Virus record (IMG/VR): IMGVR_UViG_3300030001_000223
Coordinates: 1 to 64,000 of that record
Length of the DNA stretch: 64,000 bases
From: an uncultured virus (IMG/VR IMGVR_UViG_3300030001_000223)
Taxonomy: Duplodnaviria; Heunggongvirae; Uroviricota; Caudoviricetes
Reading direction: 5' to 3' (one strand)
The translations under genes were made by a program, and so were the position numbers. Of the stretch, positions 63,647-64,000 are shown piece after piece. The notes below the pieces were generated by a model, which had not been told where the DNA came from, did not search any database, and saw nothing but the letters and a program-made list of their open reading frames with translations. Each line of letters starts with the position of its first letter. Within the stretch, counting starts at the first letter, position 1.

Positions 63647-64000
63647 ATGAATTTAGGTTTAGTAATAGCTTTAATTGAAGCATTAGGAAAACAAATATCA
63701 TCAAAATATGAAAGTATTGGTATTATAGGAATAAACACTACAGATACAGGAATTAATTTTATACTGGCTGATGGAACTAATATACCTATATCTATTTCAG
63801 GGTGGCACTCACTAACTGTAGACGAACAATATACACTTTCTCAGTTGGTGGCTTCTGCAAACGATAAAGGAAAAACTTACATTGGTGGGGATCTCAAAAA
63901 ATATCCTATAAATTTTAATGAAACAAATGATAATAAATCATATAGTTTTACTATTGCTGATTGGACAAAAATATCAGATACAGAATATACATTGACAAAA
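63647..64000 (+). CDS. Hypothetical protein, 3'-truncated by the window edge
   Basis: RBS AAGGAGG; MNLGLVIALIEALGKQ... is open to the window end. Confidence 0.6.
   Translation, partial: MNLGLVIALIEALGKQISSKYESIGIIGINTTDTGINFILADGTNIPISISGWHSLTVDEQYTLSQLVASANDKGKTYIGGDLKKYPINFNETNDNKSYSFTIADWTKISDTEYTLTK

Noticed and set aside
890..63738. Many short opposite-strand or nested ORFs in the track (for example 890-1243, 1887-2162, 8121-8306, 25968-26378, 58001-58363)
   Set aside because: Shadow frames of well-supported genes, with no evident RBS or recognisable motifs
1..64000. CRISPR array, tRNA or rRNA genes
   Set aside because: No regularly spaced repeat-spacer array or cloverleaf was seen by eye; a tRNAscan run would be needed to exclude atypical tRNAs

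Overview
A very AT-rich segment, almost entirely on the + strand, from a large SPbeta-like temperate siphophage. The host is probably Clostridium (inferred from the choline-binding-repeat proteins). Gene order: 3' part of a YonO-type single-subunit RNA polymerase, HU, a beta-CASP nuclease, a ~0.8 kb structured non-coding tract, antirepressor, phosphoesterase, ClpP-like protease, terminase, portal, protease/scaffold, capsid, neck and tail genes, a tape-measure gene split by a group I intron, tail tip/fibre genes, endolysin and a holin-like gene. Inserted among these are at least eight endonuclease-domain ORFs, XRE switches, toxin-antitoxin modules and an IS3 element. Two signals stand out. (1) A secreted cell-wall-binding moron protein has a C-terminal domain that aligns without gaps (24/61 identical) to an internal segment of the phage's own tape-measure protein, a candidate TMP-decoy superinfection-exclusion system. 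(2) A repeated, covarying 5'-leader RNA precedes six endonuclease genes. It combines a purine-flanked palindromic hexamer loop (kissing-loop-like) with a second loop that can pair with two alternative downstream sites, one overlapping the ribosome-binding site. All calls were made by eye; no database search was run.
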